A stretch of 64,000 nt of DNA, taken from positions 93,558,001 to 93,622,000 of the forward strand of contig NC_058375.1 in NCBI RefSeq assembly GCF_018350175.1. The letters run 5' to 3'. Numbering within the stretch: the first letter of the stretch is position 1; each line of letters opens with the position of its first letter. Below the pieces are notes generated by a model. That model was given only the letters and a program-made list of their open reading frames with translations, made no database searches and was not told where the DNA came from. Made by a program: the position numbers and the translations under genes. This stretch comes from Felis catus (Eukaryota). Below, one piece after another: positions 37,181 to 51,200 of this stretch.

Positions 37181-37677
37181 TGTGGCAGGCAGAAAAATAC
37201 CATCTCCCAACCCTTGTGCCAAGATGTCCCCCTCTAATCCCTGGGGCCTGATTAAGTTATCTTATATGGTCCATATAAGGGGCATTAAGGTTGCTAATCA
37301 GCTGATTTTGAGATGGGGCAATTATCCTGGATTATCTAGATGGGTGCAGTGTAATCACAAGTGTCCTTAGAAGTGAAGGAAGGAGGCAGAAGGGAACCAG
37401 AAAGATGGCTGTGTGAGAATGACTCAGTCCCATGTTGCTATTTGAAGAAGGAAGGGGCCACCAGCCAAGGAATGTGGGAGAGGTCTGGAAGCTGGAAAAG
37501 GCAAGGAAATGGATTCTCCCCTAGAGCCTCCAGAAGGAACACGGCCCTGCCAATAAGGTGATCTTAGCCAGCAAGATGTGTGGGACTTCTGACTGCAGAA
37601 ATATAAGAGAATACATTAGGTGATTCTAAGCCACTAAATTTGTAGTAATTTGTTGCCCCAGCAATAGAAAACTGCAT
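37181..37677 (+). mobile_element. MLT1D-like MaLR solo LTR
   Basis: tgtggcaggcaga...gctggaaaaggcaaggaaatggattctcccctagagcctccagaaggaac...agcaatagaaaac. Confidence 0.88.
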
Positions 37678-37769
37678 TGGGTATTTTCATTTCATTTCAT
37701 TTCATTTCATTTCATTCCAGTGGTATTTAATGTCATTTCAATTCATATGTGTTTGATTTTCTGGGCAGA

Positions 37770-38200
37770 GCACGCCTATTGTTCTGTCTACCTAGAAAAG
37801 ACTCTTCTGGGAAGCGCACCTTCTCCTCCTTATAAACACAGGATCCAAAATCAAGCTTGATCCTCAGGCAGGCCAAGCCATTCGGAGCCTTTCTTTGTCA
37901 TTAAAAAATTTTAGGATTAGAGAATATAAGTCCCGTCCTTCTATATTGGTGTAGAGAGAGGTGAGTCACAGCAGCTGCCAGGGCCTCGTTTCTGCGGTTG
38001 GCACAAAACCTGTCGGAGAGAATGACGCTGCCCTGCAGAGGAAAGCAGGGCAGAAGGGCAGCGAGAAAGTCTCCTGGCGTTGGTCACTGATGTCAGCTGC
38101 ATCCCTGCCCTTCTGGCTGTGGGACCTTCCAGTAAAAGTCTCTGTCATAGAAATTAGTTGGAGTTGTGTTTCTGTCCCTTACCACCACAAGAATCTTAAT
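37770..38200 (+). mobile_element. Old MLT1 (J/K-like) LTR fragment
   Basis: Ends ttagttggagttgtgtttctgtcccttaccaccacaagaatcttaatac. Confidence 0.5.
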
Positions 38201-38509
38201 ACGGAACTTGGAACCTGAACTGGGGTGTGGAAATTGGCGAGCCCCCAAATGGCTGAATGAAGATTGGTTAAGGAAGTGGCGTATGTGGGGGAGTGGGGGT
38301 GCAGGCATCTGTAGATCCCAGGCCGGGAACATTGCCTTCCCTATTTTTATGTTATCGAGGCAGTTGGTTAGACTATTTTCCAGTGGCACTTGGGACTCAG
38401 ACCATGTGTCATTCAGACTTCTACTTTGGGAGACTTGATACAAAAATACCAGGAGAAGAGAAGTGTCGGTGATTTCTCATAGTCTTTGGGAAGGTGCTAT
38501 GAGAGAGTT

Positions 38510-38696
38510 AAATCATAGGGAGAGCATGCAAGCCAGGGAGGGGCAGAGAGAGAGGGTGAGAGAGAAAATCCTAAGCAGGCTCCATGCTGTCAGCGCAGAG
38601 CACGATGTGGGCCTCGATCTCCCAAACCACGAGACCATGGCCTGAGCTGAAATCAAGAGTCGTATGCTTAACTGACTGAGCCAACCCAGGCCCCCC
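38510..38696 (-). mobile_element. Can-SINE
   Basis: Antisense body with gctgaaatcaagagtcg. Confidence 0.88.
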
Positions 38697-40009
38697 AAGA
38701 GAGGCCTTTTTGTTGGTAGCCAGTGGTCCCAAATGGCCAAGGCCATAGAGTCATGCCCTTTGCTCAACGGCGAAAGCCTAGCCCTCTGAGTCGCACTGGA
38801 GGTTCTGCTCTGGGGAAGAAGCTTAGAATCCTGGAAATTGGGAGGGTGGTACCTGGGGAGGACAAACCAGCCAAACACCTCGTGTGGTACACTCCCTGCA
38901 TGATGAGGAATTGGCAATCTCTCCCCCACCCCACCCTAGTGTGATGTGAAAAATCTCAGAGCAAGGTCAACGTGGAGGGCGGGCCGGGCCGGGCCATGCC
39001 TTCCCTCTGTGCTTCCTGCTGAGCCCCAGGGGAAGGGCAGAGCTTCCAGAGCTGCTCTAAGAAGCTGGAACCACATGGGTGGGATCCAATACACTCTTCT
39101 CATGCCTCATAACTTTCTGGGGTTGGTTATTGGCCAACAGGGACCCCCCCCCCCCCCCCCCCGCCAAAATGAAACTCGCAGTCACGTGATTAAAGTTTTC
39201 AGGGCTGAAGTGCTGGAAAAGCCCAAGTTTGCCAAACTGAGGTGTGTAACCGCTCAACCACCAAGGTAGTTATTTTTCTAATTTTCATGATGATAAGAAA
39301 CACCTGGTATAATTGTTAAGCACCTCCCCCTGGAGACTCAGGAGATGCGGGGTGTGATTTAGAATCAGTTTTTGTTTTTGTTTTGTTTTGTTTTCCCACC
39401 AAATTCCCCAGGAGATTTCTATCATCCTGGAAAACTGGAAAACTCTGTCATGAGGTGTTTCCCAGGTAACTGGACCAGCGGGAAATAGTTTGTGAGGCAG
39501 GAGAGCCCTGAGGTGAGGAATCCTCTCCAACACCCTGCTTAGAAGGCATCTTGTGAATGTGGGCAAGGGAAATTTTACCAACAGGCAAAACCTGCGAGTC
39601 AGACTGGTGACCAGAGAACTCACTCTTTGCCAAGATGCAGTGATATTCACCAACCACAGCTCTGACCTCATCATCCCTGTCCAGCTGGATGTGGTTAAAT
39701 GCTGGACTAGTGACCGCTGTATGTCACCTCCTTTTCACGCATTTTAAATGGTAGCGTTTATAACGGTGACCCTGCTTCCACCAGCATCGTACATGGTGTG
39801 TTGGAGGTGGCTGGTGGTTATAAGAATCACACACCCAAAGAGAGCAAGATCATGACGAGCCATGAGACTTGACCAAGAGGAGCAAACGCACTCAGGAATC
39901 CTGGACTTGGACGTGCCGTCAGAGGGTCCTCAAGTTAATGCTTCGAGCCCCGCTCCTATCCACACCCAGACTCGCCCATTTTCTCCAAACATGCAGAGGT
40001 GACATCTAA

Positions 40010-40200
40010 TGTGTAGTAAGCACTCACTGTGTTCTAGGCATCGTTTAAGAGTTTTCTACACACCAGCTCATTCAATCCTCCCAACTGGTACGATTAGTAT
40101 CGCTCAGATACAGGTAGGGAAAACTAGGGCTCGGAGTGCTGAAGAAACCTGCCTGAGGTCATGCAGCCACTCAGTCATGGAGCCCAGACCTGCACGCAGG
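40010..40200 (-). mobile_element. MIR SINE
   Basis: gcactcactgtgttctaggca...acaggtagggaaaactagggctcggag...cctgaggtcatgcagc. Confidence 0.65.
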
Positions 40201-40239
40201 CCGTCTCCAGAACCTGAGCTCTCACCCCGGACTCCACGC

Positions 40240-40960
40240 TGCCTCTCCAGGAAACGAGAGACACGTGAAAAGAGGAAAACAAAAGGACGCAGCCACATTT
40301 CAAAAGAAGATAAACATCTCCATGGATGGAGAACAGAAAAGAAACAGGAAACAAATGTGAAGAAAGACTGCCAACAAAAGCGATCCACAGGAGATAAACT
40401 CCCTCCAGATGAAAAGAAAATAGTAGAGCAAGATGAAAATGATTGTAAAGCGAGCGTGTTTAGGATCCTCAAAAGATGAGGGAAGAAGTGAATTAGAGTA
40501 AGTGGATATGGAAGAGGAAATATTAGAAACCCCGGGAATGAAAATATCCTGTACTTGAAATAAAAACAACAGATAAGGGGAAGCTCTGGACCAAGCACAG
40601 TTGAATAAATAATTAGTGCTTTGGAAGATGGAGCTGAGGAATTCACCCAGAACTCAGCACAGGAGATAAAAAAAAGAAAAATTGAAAATTCTGAAAAGGT
40701 ACTTACCAGACATGGCAAAGAGTGAGTTTGAGAGGCTCCATCCAAGAAAAGGTTCCAAACAAGGAGCGAATGGTGGAAAAGACTGAAGAGATAATAAGGA
40801 AAAATTCTCCAGAATCCTTGGACAGAAGGACCCCACTGAACGCTGAGTGGAGTAAATAATAAATGCTCACCTATCCATGCTGTTCTAAATCTGCAGAACG
40901 TCAAGAATACACAAGAAAATCTTAAAAACTACCAGAGGAAAAAAGAGATTTTCCATCTGG
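40240..40960 (+). mobile_element. Ancient L1 ORF1-region relic (L1M/HAL1-like)
   Basis: A-rich decayed coding pattern: ttggaagatggagctgaggaattcacccagaactcagcacaggagataaa...gaagagataataaggaaaattctccagaat. Confidence 0.65.
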
Positions 40961-42132
40961 TAGGCTCCGGACTTGGAGCGCGATGTGGAGGCAGGATGAA
41001 TTTAAGCTACATCCTGTTGGGAAGGGGATGGTTGCACACGGTAAGAGAGGACAATTTGCAGACATTATTTGTATGGAACGTGGATATGCTGGGAATCCAG
41101 TGACTTTCCATTATTTTGCATCTTCCTTCTTCTGAGCAGAGTTCTTTCCCGACTGACCACGTGGTTCATGTGCATGCTTCATTCTCCTCCAAATCCTGCT
41201 CCTAGTTTATTAGCCCAACGAAGGGTACCCAATCTAGGGTGCCCAGTCACAATAGCTCACCCTTGGCTTCAGTGAATGGACCGCGTTGGGTGAGTAAGAG
41301 CCCTTCCTTGGGATCTTTGACCTCCCGATGGGAGAGAGCAGGTCCTAGTAGTTCTCTGGAGGCAAAGCTGTGACAGGTGAGCTGTGGGCGTTCTTGAAAG
41401 CCATGCTTCCTGCCACGGGGACAATGCCAGTCCGAGAGGGAAGAAGGTTGACCTGTAGAGAAAGAGATCGAGTGAATCTTGTCAATGTGTGCGGATCCGG
41501 TGCTAGCTATATCCCTGCTCTTTCAGTCTTTTGTGAATCTTCCCTAAACTCTCCTCTTTAAACTTGTAAAACTTACCTCTCTATTATTTTCAACCATATG
41601 AATCTTAGTTAATGGAATGATGAGGTTGACACTTTGTTATTCTTTAGCCATTTGCATGTTTTCCTTTGAGGAAATGTTTTCGCTTGTTTATCTTCTGGGT
41701 CTTGCGCGGTTTTTGTTTGTTTCTTTTAACTATGCAATATTCCCAAACCGAATTTCTATTCTGCGGATCCCAATCCTCCTCCTTTGTACCCTTTCTCTGC
41801 CGAAGGCTTTCCCATGTTTACGTGCATCAGAGATGAGAACCTCAATGTCATCTACTCCACCTTCTCTTGATTTATGCCCCCATGCTCCAGCCACCATCAA
41901 ATCCCATCAATTCCACCTTTGGAAATAGTTCTCAGATCTCCCGACTCACTTGAACAATGACTAAGCCACCCACGGACAGGGCTGCAAGCAACACTCATTG
42001 TTGCTGAGTGTAACTTGGAAAAACTTTTCTGGAGGTAAATTTGGGAATACGTTTCAATACTCTTAAAAATATTTATATCTTTGGACCTGGCAATTGCACC
42101 CTATGAATAAGGGGGGGGGAGTCAAACTAAAA

Positions 42133-42346
42133 CTTTTTTTTGATGCTTATTTTTGAGAGACAGAGACAGACAGACAGAACATGAGGGGGGAGGGGCAGAG
42201 AGAGAGGGAGACACAGAATCCGAAGCAGACTCCAGGCTCTGAGCTGTCAGCACAGAGCCCGATGCGGGGCTCAAACTCATGAACCTCGAGATTGTGACCT
42301 GAGCCGAAGTGGGACGCTTAACTGATTGAACCACCCAGGTGCCCCC
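42133..42346 (-). mobile_element. SINEC_Fc
   Basis: Full antisense body. Confidence 0.93.
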
Positions 42347-44089
42347 AAAGATAAGACTTCCTGAAAAATAAGAGCATTTACAATAATGGCCAGGTTAAAA
42401 ATAATAGTTCATAAGATGGAGTGTTGCTTAAGACAGAATGTTAAATAAGAAAGGATATGGAACACATATTTATATACAGTATGATTCTCATTTCATTAAA
42501 AAATACATGTCACATTCCGTGAGTGTGCAAAACTGGATGCGATCAGTAGGTTTCCTTTCTCCCTGGCCTCAGTCTCAAACTGGCCGCCCACTGCTCCTCC
42601 CTTCTGAGGATGAGGTGTGTGAGGTTAGGAAGTGACTGCTTCAAGGTCATTTGGGGCTTTTCTCAGTTCGGTGTAGAGTGCCGAGTGCAGTATAGTTTTT
42701 AACATCTTCGTATTGTGCCTTTTGTGATAATATAGACTCCCCCCGATTATTGTTTTCCATAACGCAACCCCACACTTAACACCATTTAATTTTTATCCCC
42801 GCACATATCACGTTTGGTAAGATTTTACCGTGTTTGTGTATCTACGTAGAAAAAAAAGAGGTAAAGGAAACACGCTAAAATGTGAATAGTGGTTCGTCTG
42901 CAGGATGGAAGTTTGTTCATTCTGATATTCTCCCCTACCTTTAAATATTTTCCGATATGTAATTGCCAATGGCTGCTTAGCTATATGGAATCCCTACTCT
43001 TGATCAAATCCCTATTCTTAAATATTTAGATAACTTGCCATTTTCCACTCTCGTAAGCAACACTGTGGTGAACATCTTGGTATCTACATCTCTGCGCCAG
43101 CTGGGTCCTGCAGAATTATACAGACGTGACCCAGAAAGGCTCCTGCCTTCCAGAGCATTTCCTCCTTAGAGAAGAGCAGACATTTAGAGAAACGACTATA
43201 CTGTGAGACATAAAGTGGTGAGCGCCTTATCAGGCACTTCCAATCCAGGCAGGGAGCAGGCTGCCTGGAAGAGGGGGGCATTTGAACCAAGCTTCTCAGA
43301 CAGACAGCTGGGAAGAGGGAACTCATCTTCCCGGGGGCCACAGAAAGTTGACCTTAGTGAGTTACCTGAGAGCTGGAAAAACAGGCCTTTGCACCAGAGC
43401 CCAAGAATCGGAACCCAGTCTGTGGGTTTCCCCATCCTCCTTCCAGCCCCACCAAAGTCCACTCTACCATGGTGCCCTTGTGTGTGGAGAGGGAGGGGTG
43501 TTTCTATAGCCCCTCCTGCCCCCAAGGAAGCAGGCCAGAGGGGCTATTCCCTGACAGTCCTGAGCCATATGGCAAGCCCACAGGCTCTGGGTCCCTAGCT
43601 TCCAGCACCTCCTGCCAAACCCCAGCTCCTGGGGTCAAAGGAATGTTGAGCAATCTTTGGAATTTTTCAGCGAGAAACAAGCACTTTTGAATTCCGTTCA
43701 GGCCTCCTGAGCTGGGCATGTTGCCCATAGCCTGGAGCCCTGAGTCTTCCTGAGCAGACATCTGGGAGCGCTGGGGGACTTTTCAGTGTTTGTTTTCTCC
43801 TCCTGCTGGCGGGGCCCGTAGGACACCATTACAGTGAGGTCATGGAGCCCTGCCCCGCTGCGTCCATGGGTGGCTAAGCAGCCAGGATCTCGCAGTCCCC
43901 ACTGGTTCGTGTGTGCTGGGGGATGGGTGGGGTCTGGAAGGACCGTGGGGCAGAGCCCCGTCTGCACCCCTGAAGACCTCCCCACCGCACCACTGCCGGA
44001 TCTCATCCCCGACCCCAGGGCCCGGCCTCTGCCAAGGGCCTCCCAGCCACACTCTCTGCCCAGCTTCCCGGAGGCCACAGGAACATGTG

Positions 44090-44420
44090 GCGAGCCCGGT
44101 TTTGACTTGCTGAAAATCACTGAACAGTATCTTGCCACTAGTTCTCAGCTCAAACGGCACTTCAGGGCGGCCTTCCTGACACCCACACCCCATCCCTTGA
44201 ATGAAGTCAGGTTCCCTATTATGCATTTTCATGGCACCCCGTGCCTCTCCTTCTAAGCTCTTGCCTCTGTGGTTAATAATGATTAATTACTGTGCATTCG
44301 TTCAGTGTCTGTGTCACCGAGAGGAGGTTCTGTGAGGGCAAAAGTCCTGTCTACCTTGCTCACTGCTGCATCCCCAATACTGAGCACAGCATCTGACACA
44401 TAGTAGGTACTCTATGAATT
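44090..44420 (+). mobile_element. L2 3' end
   Basis: ctgtgagggcaaaagtcctgtctaccttgctcactgctgcatccccaatactgagcacagcatctgacacatagtaggtactc. Confidence 0.75.
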
Positions 44421-44544
44421 TCATTACGCCAAGCAAAGCATGACCCCACTTTGAGCCTTGTGTCCCTGTCTTCCAGCTCCCCACTCTCAGCCTCATCTAC
44501 AACCAGTTAGTCAGGAGACCAAAGGGTCTTTGTTTAATTAAAAG

Positions 44545-44595
44545 TACGCTGTATGTTAACCAACTGGAATTTAAATAAAAACCTTAAAAAAAAAA
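44545..44595 (+). mobile_element. Very short 5'-truncated carnivore L1 3' terminus
   Basis: ctgtatgttaaccaactggaatttaaataaaaaccttaaaaaaaaaa. Confidence 0.6.
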
Positions 44596-45489
44596 TTCTT
44601 TTGAGTGTGATCGGATTGCAAGTCCCCCAGCAAGGGTGACCTGACCTGGCAAAGGTGACCTTTGCAGATACCAGCTGTGTCAACAGCACCCTCTGCCCCC
44701 TGTTTTGGGTCCCTTTGTCATTCTGCCTCTAGGGCAGGCAGGGCCTGACTCCACCTGCACGCGTCCCATTTATTTTAGGTTCGTTTAAAGTTTGTAAGCC
44801 CATCGCACTGATATTTCTACTGCACCTCCCAACAGGATTCAAAGGCCAAGGCATCACCCTTCCCCTTTTACAGAAGACAGAGCTGTCCCCCCAAATTGGC
44901 CTTCACTAGGTCATGGCTGGGAAATCTTGGGGTTCAGTGTCGAGCTCCAGGGGCAGGAGGGCTAAGGAGGAGAGCGGGTAGAGAGTGGGAGTTTGGCAGC
45001 CAGGAAAGAGGGGACCCAGGACAGGCGCCTGAGGCAAGGATGTAGACCTCACAGAAGGTACTGGAAACAAGATACAACCTTCATGCTCTGAAGACTAGAC
45101 CAGAATCCCTACACTTTGTAAACCAGAACGTCTTTGTGTTTCTTGTGTTTTCTCTATTAATTTCCCTAATTTCCTCCCATAGTAGGAAGTAGTAAAAACT
45201 CAGGAAAGTTCCAGTTGGCTCTAGCTGTGCAGAGGGGAACCAAAGGACTATGGCTTGGCACCTGTGCTTGTGCGAGAATGTCGCAAGGGGCAGCAGCCCA
45301 GGGCAGGAGAATCAAAAAGGAGAGTGTGTTGAGGGGATAGGGAAGCCATTATTTTCACCCCATGGCACCCCACCATGACGCCAGGCACCTGGAAATGATC
45401 CTAACTTAACTATAAAAAACCTGGGGTTTTCTGTCATTAAAAGAAATCGCTTGCCTTTACCACGTCACAGGGTTGTTACGAGATCCATC

Positions 45490-46110
45490 ACTCACGCGAC
45501 GGGTATTTATTGAGTTCTAGGTGCCTGGGCCACCAAAATGAAAACCTCTGCCCTTGTGTACCTTCGTTCTAGTGAGAGTAGACAGACCACAGACATTAAA
45601 CAGAAGAAATCAGTAGATCACGTGGTATGCTAGAAGGTGCTAAGCAGTGTAGGAGCAGGGCGAGGGCGTGAAGGGGTTCTGGGCTTGGGTGGGTGCCGTG
45701 TTACCTGCAGTGATCGAGATGGGCCTCAGAGGGAAGGGGACACCCAGCTGCAGGTGTCAGGGACCATGCCTCCCAGGCAGGGGGAGCCCATGCCCTGCAC
45801 GCTGAGGAATGGGGGCGGTCAGTGAGGCCGGGGCAGGGGCGGGGGCCGTGACAGGGAGAGTGGTGGGAGCAGAGGCCAGAGAGGTGAGGGCAGGCAGGTC
45901 ATGAGCGGCCTTGGGGCCATTGCACAAACTGGGAGCCACGAGGGTGTTTTCCTGCTAACGACTGTGCTGAGGAAAGACTGAGGAGGTGGGATGGTGGCTA
46001 CAGGGAGAGACAAAAGGACTTGCTGATGGTTTTTGTGGGGCGGAGGTGAGAGAACAAGGACTCAGGGCTGGCTCCACGGCGTTTGGCCTGAGCTCCTGGA
46101 AGGGGGAGTG
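45490..46110 (-). mobile_element. L2 fragment
   Basis: tatttattgagttctaggtgcctggg...ggctccacggcgtttggcctgagctcctggaaggggg. Confidence 0.65.
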
Positions 46111-46817
46111 GCCATGAACTGAGGTCATTTGCGTTATTAGAGCTGCTGACCACCTACTCCGGGCCAGGCCCTGGGTCATCCGCTTTGCACCCCGATCCCA
46201 TTCCATCCTTACAACCTCAGGAGGTAGGGACTGCAGCCCAGAGAGAGTAACATAGTGACCACAGGCACTTGGCACGCAAGTGGCAGAGCCCGGCTGCCTC
46301 TGGCTGGTCTGACCCACGAGGCAGATGGGCACATCTTGTCCCCAGGATTCAGGACAGCAGCTCCCTCACCCCACCTGACTTTGGCCTTGTGCTTCACCCC
46401 TTCCTTCCTTCAAGGCTAGAGGGCTCCTGAGGCCTGGTGTTTTATACGTGCTGGGACTTCTTTTGGATACATGTCAAGACTCCTTATCTGGGTGTCCAAA
46501 ATTAAGTAGGGAGTGGCCAGGACTAGGATGTTTGGGGACTTCCTCAGAGGCCCTGGGCAGACAGGTGGGCTGAGTCAGGGAGGTGACAGGTGGGGGAGAA
46601 GGCAGGGAGGCTCGGTGGCTGCCGCAGCGAAAATCTGGGATTCCTGGGAATGCCGTCAGCTCTGAAACACCCTTCCCACCATCGCTGTGCCCACCCTGGG
46701 GTGCTGCCTTCCCACCCTCAGGATTGCTTTTGCCCTTCCAGACCACTGTATTCACGGCGTACAAGCAAAACACGTGGACTCAGAGACCTGACCCTGACCT
46801 CACTCCCATATGGGGCA

Positions 46818-46819
<2 letters not shown>

Positions 46820-46853
<34 letters not shown>
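46820..46853 (+). repeat. (TG)n microsatellite
   Basis: About 17 units. Confidence 0.95.
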
Positions 46854-46855
<2 letters not shown>

Positions 46856-46949
46856 AGAGAGGGGGGAGTGAGAGAGTGGAAATCCACAAGCACTGCACTA
46901 CTTCAGGGGTCAGAACACTGCCACCTCAGCCTGGTGATGCCCTCAACCT

Positions 46950-47354
46950 CCTTTTTATTTATTTATTTTTAATGTTTATTTTTGAGACAGAGAAAGACAG
47001 AGCATGAATGGGGGAGGGTTAGAGAGAGAGGGAGACACAGAATCTGAAGCAGGCTCCAGGCTCTGAGCTGTCAGGGGCTCGAACTCACAGACCGTGAGAT
47101 CATGACCTGAGCCAAAGTCGGATGCTCAACCGACTGAGGTGCCCACAACCTCCTTTTTAAAAAATGTTTATTTTTGAGAGACAGAGAGTGTGTGTAAGAA
47201 GGGAAAGAGAGAGAGGGAGACACAGAATCCAAAGCACGTTCTAGGCTCCAAGCTGTCAGCACAGTGCCCGACGTGGGGCTTGAACCCACAAACTGCGAGA
47301 TCATGACCTGAGCCGAAGTCGGACGCTTAACCGACTAAGCCCCCCAGGCTCCCC
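46950..47354 (-). mobile_element. Two adjacent SINEC_Fc
   Basis: Bodies at ~46950-47143 (TSD caacctcctttt) and ~47150-47354. Confidence 0.92.
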
Positions 47355-47644
47355 TTCCTGGATCGCCTTTTAAGGGTGACTTCAAATAAGACACAGAGGT
47401 GCTTCCTCTGTGTATCCGTGCAGAGCTGTGCCCACCCAGGGCTGAGTCCTGTGCAAAAGTCCCAGCCCAAGGCTGTGAGCCCAGGCTAGGAGTTCCTGGA
47501 TGGATCCTGAGCTCCTTGCTGAAGTTGGGCTGAGGAGTCAGCCATAGAACCCTGCTGCCTGCCTGAGTCACAAGGGAGGTTTTAAACATGTACAAACACC
47601 TATTCTGTGGTAGGCACTTTCTCACACACACGTGCACATGTGCG

Positions 47645-47647
<3 letters not shown>

Positions 47648-47679
<32 letters not shown>
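47648..47679 (+). repeat. (CA)n microsatellite
   Basis: About 16 units. Confidence 0.95.
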
Positions 47680-47683
<4 letters not shown>

Positions 47684-48040
47684 CTTTCTCATAGGGATTA
47701 TCCCCAGTTAAATGAAACTGAAGTTCAGAGAGGTCAAGAGAGGTTCAGAGGCCACACAGCTGGGGCTCCTGATTGTACCCTCAGCTGCCCGACTTCAAGG
47801 CTCCCGAGGCCCAAGGTCTTTGACACCTCCAGCACCCATTCCTCAACCCCCACTACACCTCCTTCCTTGACTGGGCCCACAGGTCTGCTGAGGAGGGCTT
47901 CTGGGTCAACCTGGCTTTCTCACCAGAGGCCAAGCCCTCTCTGGATCCTCCCAGCCAGTCCTGGGATGGGGGCAAACCTGCAGAGATGGCTTAAGCCCCG
48001 GGAATAGGAAAGGGGTGTTGCTCTGACATAGCTTTGGGAT

Positions 48041-48243
48041 TTTTTTAATGTTTAATTATTTTTGAGAGAGAGATAGAGTGTGAGCCAGGGAGGGGCAGAG
48101 AGACACACACACAGAATCCGAAGCAGGCTCCGGGCTCCAAGCTGTCAGCACTGAGCCCGACACGGGGCTTGAACCCACAGACTGTGAGATCATGACCTGA
48201 GCTGAAGTCGGATGCTTAACCGCCTGAGCCACCCAAGTGCCCC
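48041..48243 (-). mobile_element. SINEC_Fc
   Basis: TSD agctttgggat on both sides. Confidence 0.95.
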
Positions 48244-51200
48244 AGCTTTGGGATGTTTTTGATGTCCCTGTCCTTTGGGGCAGAGAGCAGACAAGGACTG
48301 GGCATGGGGCAAGAAAGAGTACCTCTCTCCTTTGGAGGTGGTCCCTGGAGCTGACAGGGGCAGCCTCTATCCCCTCTGACATCCTTAGACCAGTTCTCTC
48401 CCTCTCCCACCCCTAAGCCTCCACTCCAAAGCCAGGGCACCCATCCCCCAGGGCTCCCTTTCACCAAGGGGGAGCCTGGACATTCCTATCAGGCCTCCTG
48501 CTGAGCCTCCACCTCCTTTCCCCCTCTTTTTGAGCGTCTCCCCTCTGCCCAGGCCCCTGGACCCTATCCACTTTCTTCTGTGGTTGTTGGGCCTGATGTG
48601 CTGTGCCCCTCCCAAGGCTAGTTGCCTGCCCGATGAGGCCCTGTACAGAAAGTACTTACCCCAAAGGACAGAATTGCTAGAAAGGGGATTGTCTGACCTC
48701 ACAGAGGGACACTTCACAGGGCAGAGTCTGGTCCTGACTTTGCCAAAACTTCAGGGAGGTTTGATCTCCTGGGTTCAGGGCTTTAGGACCTCAGGAGGCC
48801 AATTCAGAGGGGCTTAGAGCCCTAGATTCCCGGCACTGATGGATCACGGCCCTGCGGATTTGGGGTGGCGGTGGGGAGATGTTGAGCATGACCAGAGTCA
48901 GGCATCTGGGCTGTGACAGGACACACACTTTGACTGCTTAACGTGCTGTTGACTCTCCTCGAAGTCCTCCCTTCTAAACTGCCTCCTGAATTGCCACTGC
49001 CCAGTCCGAGGCTCAGATTCCACGGGTGGGGAGCTGCTACAAAGAGCTGGGGGATTTGTGCCTGGGGTAGGCCCTGGTGGAGGCCAGAGACAGAGCCCGG
49101 GGCGGAGGGGGTGGGGCAGGCACACAGACAAGCCTCTGTTGGCCGGGGCGGCAGGAGAACACTAGCTGGCCCAAACGCTGTTGTTTGCAAATAAACAACA
49201 GCAGGCTGGGGGGAACAGCTCATCTTTGTTTGTACTGCTTGCTGCCCATGTGGCTACTGCAGCCCCCCCCACCCCCTTCCCAGCTAGGGCTCTTTCTTTG
49301 CCTCCCTGCCTACTGCCGCTGCGGAAGGGGGGGTCCGGGGACAGTGGTGAGGTGAAGCCCAGGACTGGGCACCTGGTCTCCAGCCTGGAGGATGCGGTTC
49401 TAGCCCCGATGGCCTCTCGGGTTGACCCTCTGCACCTACTGATCATGGGAAGTTGACTTAGGATCCCAGGCCCCACGCCCATCCCTGGTGACCTGGACCT
49501 CTGCCCCCACCTCAGTGAGCACTCAAAGACCTTCTGTCTAGCAGCTGGGCTGCAGCTCTGTGCCATGCACTGTCAGAGTCCTACATCAGGGAGCCTTGGT
49601 GTGTGGAGAAACAACCCGAATCCAGAGAGGTTAGGTGACTTGTCCAGCGTCACACAGCTGGGTGAGTAGCTTGAACTGGTTGGCTCTCCATGCTCTTGGA
49701 AGAATCCTCTTCCCATTTTGTTTATATGGGTCCCTCCCAGACCCCAGCCCACCCAGGAAAGCCCGGGCGGGGCTGGGACGAGTGCTCTCTGCACACATGT
49801 GGTGCTTATCAAGCAAGCAAGCGTCGTCTCGCAGAGTTTCGCAATGTGTTCTGGTCACCCTGGTGAACTTGGAGCTTCAGGAGGGCAGGGGCCCTCCTTG
49901 CTGTGCTCTTACCGCTACCCAGGTCACTGCCACACCCACGGCCAGAGTCGGGGCGCAGCAAATACGGCTCAGTGAGGGGGGCGGGTGCGTGAGGGCCTGG
50001 AGAAGAAACAGGCTGATGCCTCAGGCTTTCTCCTCTGAGGGATGGAGGGAGCGGAGGCATGAGCTGTGCAGGAAGGCAAGGTGGGAGCTGTTTGTAGGAA
50101 CGGGGCTTGTAAAACTGGGAGTGGCCAAATTCATTCAGATGGGCCTTGGAGCGGCCAGTTCACAGAACCAGCTGACATGCTCAGAACTGGAGGCCAGAGA
50201 CATCTCCCAGGAGAGGCCAGAGGAGGAAGGACAGCCAGAGCCAGCAGAGGCAGGATCAGGCACCAGAGGCACTGAGCTGGCGGAGGGTGCCACGCAGAGT
50301 TTTGTGGGCCCTCGGGGAGCAGGCAGCTGGGACTTTTCTAGGAGGCCTTCCTTCTAGGATTAATTAACCCCTGCTACCCTCCACCCGGCCCGCCAGTCAG
50401 CCCAGCAACTGGCACGGCTCCAGGCTTCCCATGAGCCCAGCGTGGTGCTAGGAGCCGGGCTGGGGTGGAGGAGACAGACACCAGAAATAGAAGCCAGTGT
50501 CTGCCTTCCAGGGGCCTGCAAACTAGGAGGGGAGAGCGAACAAGCACACACAAATCAGACCACAGTGAGAGTGGTTAAATAGCAAACCATGGGTGACCAA
50601 ATACAATAGGAGGCGGTGGGGGAGGGTCCTATCCGCGGCGCATAGACACCAGGCATCTGGTCTTTTATTTCCATTCTTTCCTTCTACCAGCCCAACCCCC
50701 CCCCCCCCCAACACATACAGCGCCTCTACACAACAAGGCCAGCGTAGGGGCTGGAGAATATCTTCTCTATAAATCAGCACTCTGTGAGGCTGACATCTCA
50801 GCTCCATCCCTGAACTGACAGCTCTCAGGGCACACTGCTGGCCACCAACCCCAGGGCACCACCAACATCTTCGGTTTATCAGCTAACTAACGGACTGATG
50901 ATCAGCAGGGGGCAGGGGGACAGACACATGGTTTGGGGTAAGACGGTGCTCAGGCAGGAGAAAATGGAGAGCAGCTTGGCAAAGTGCAAGTGGTCTCATG
51001 GATGAAAAAGAATACGGACTAGAATTGTTCCCTATTAAGATTTCCCTAGAAGATTCTATGATTCCTACTTCTGAACCTTCACACTTTCCGCACAGCTGGA
51101 ACTTCCCCACCTCCTCTCACCGGATGGGTCCGCCCCTATTTTGAAACTGACTTCTAGGGAAAGGCCTCAAGTCTGACTAAACCCACGGGTCTACCTCCCC

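Noticed and set aside
40104-40904. 266-aa minus-strand ORF, the longest in the track
   Set aside because: Antisense of an A-rich decayed L1 ORF1 plus MIR; the F/S/L-rich composition is an artefact of that.
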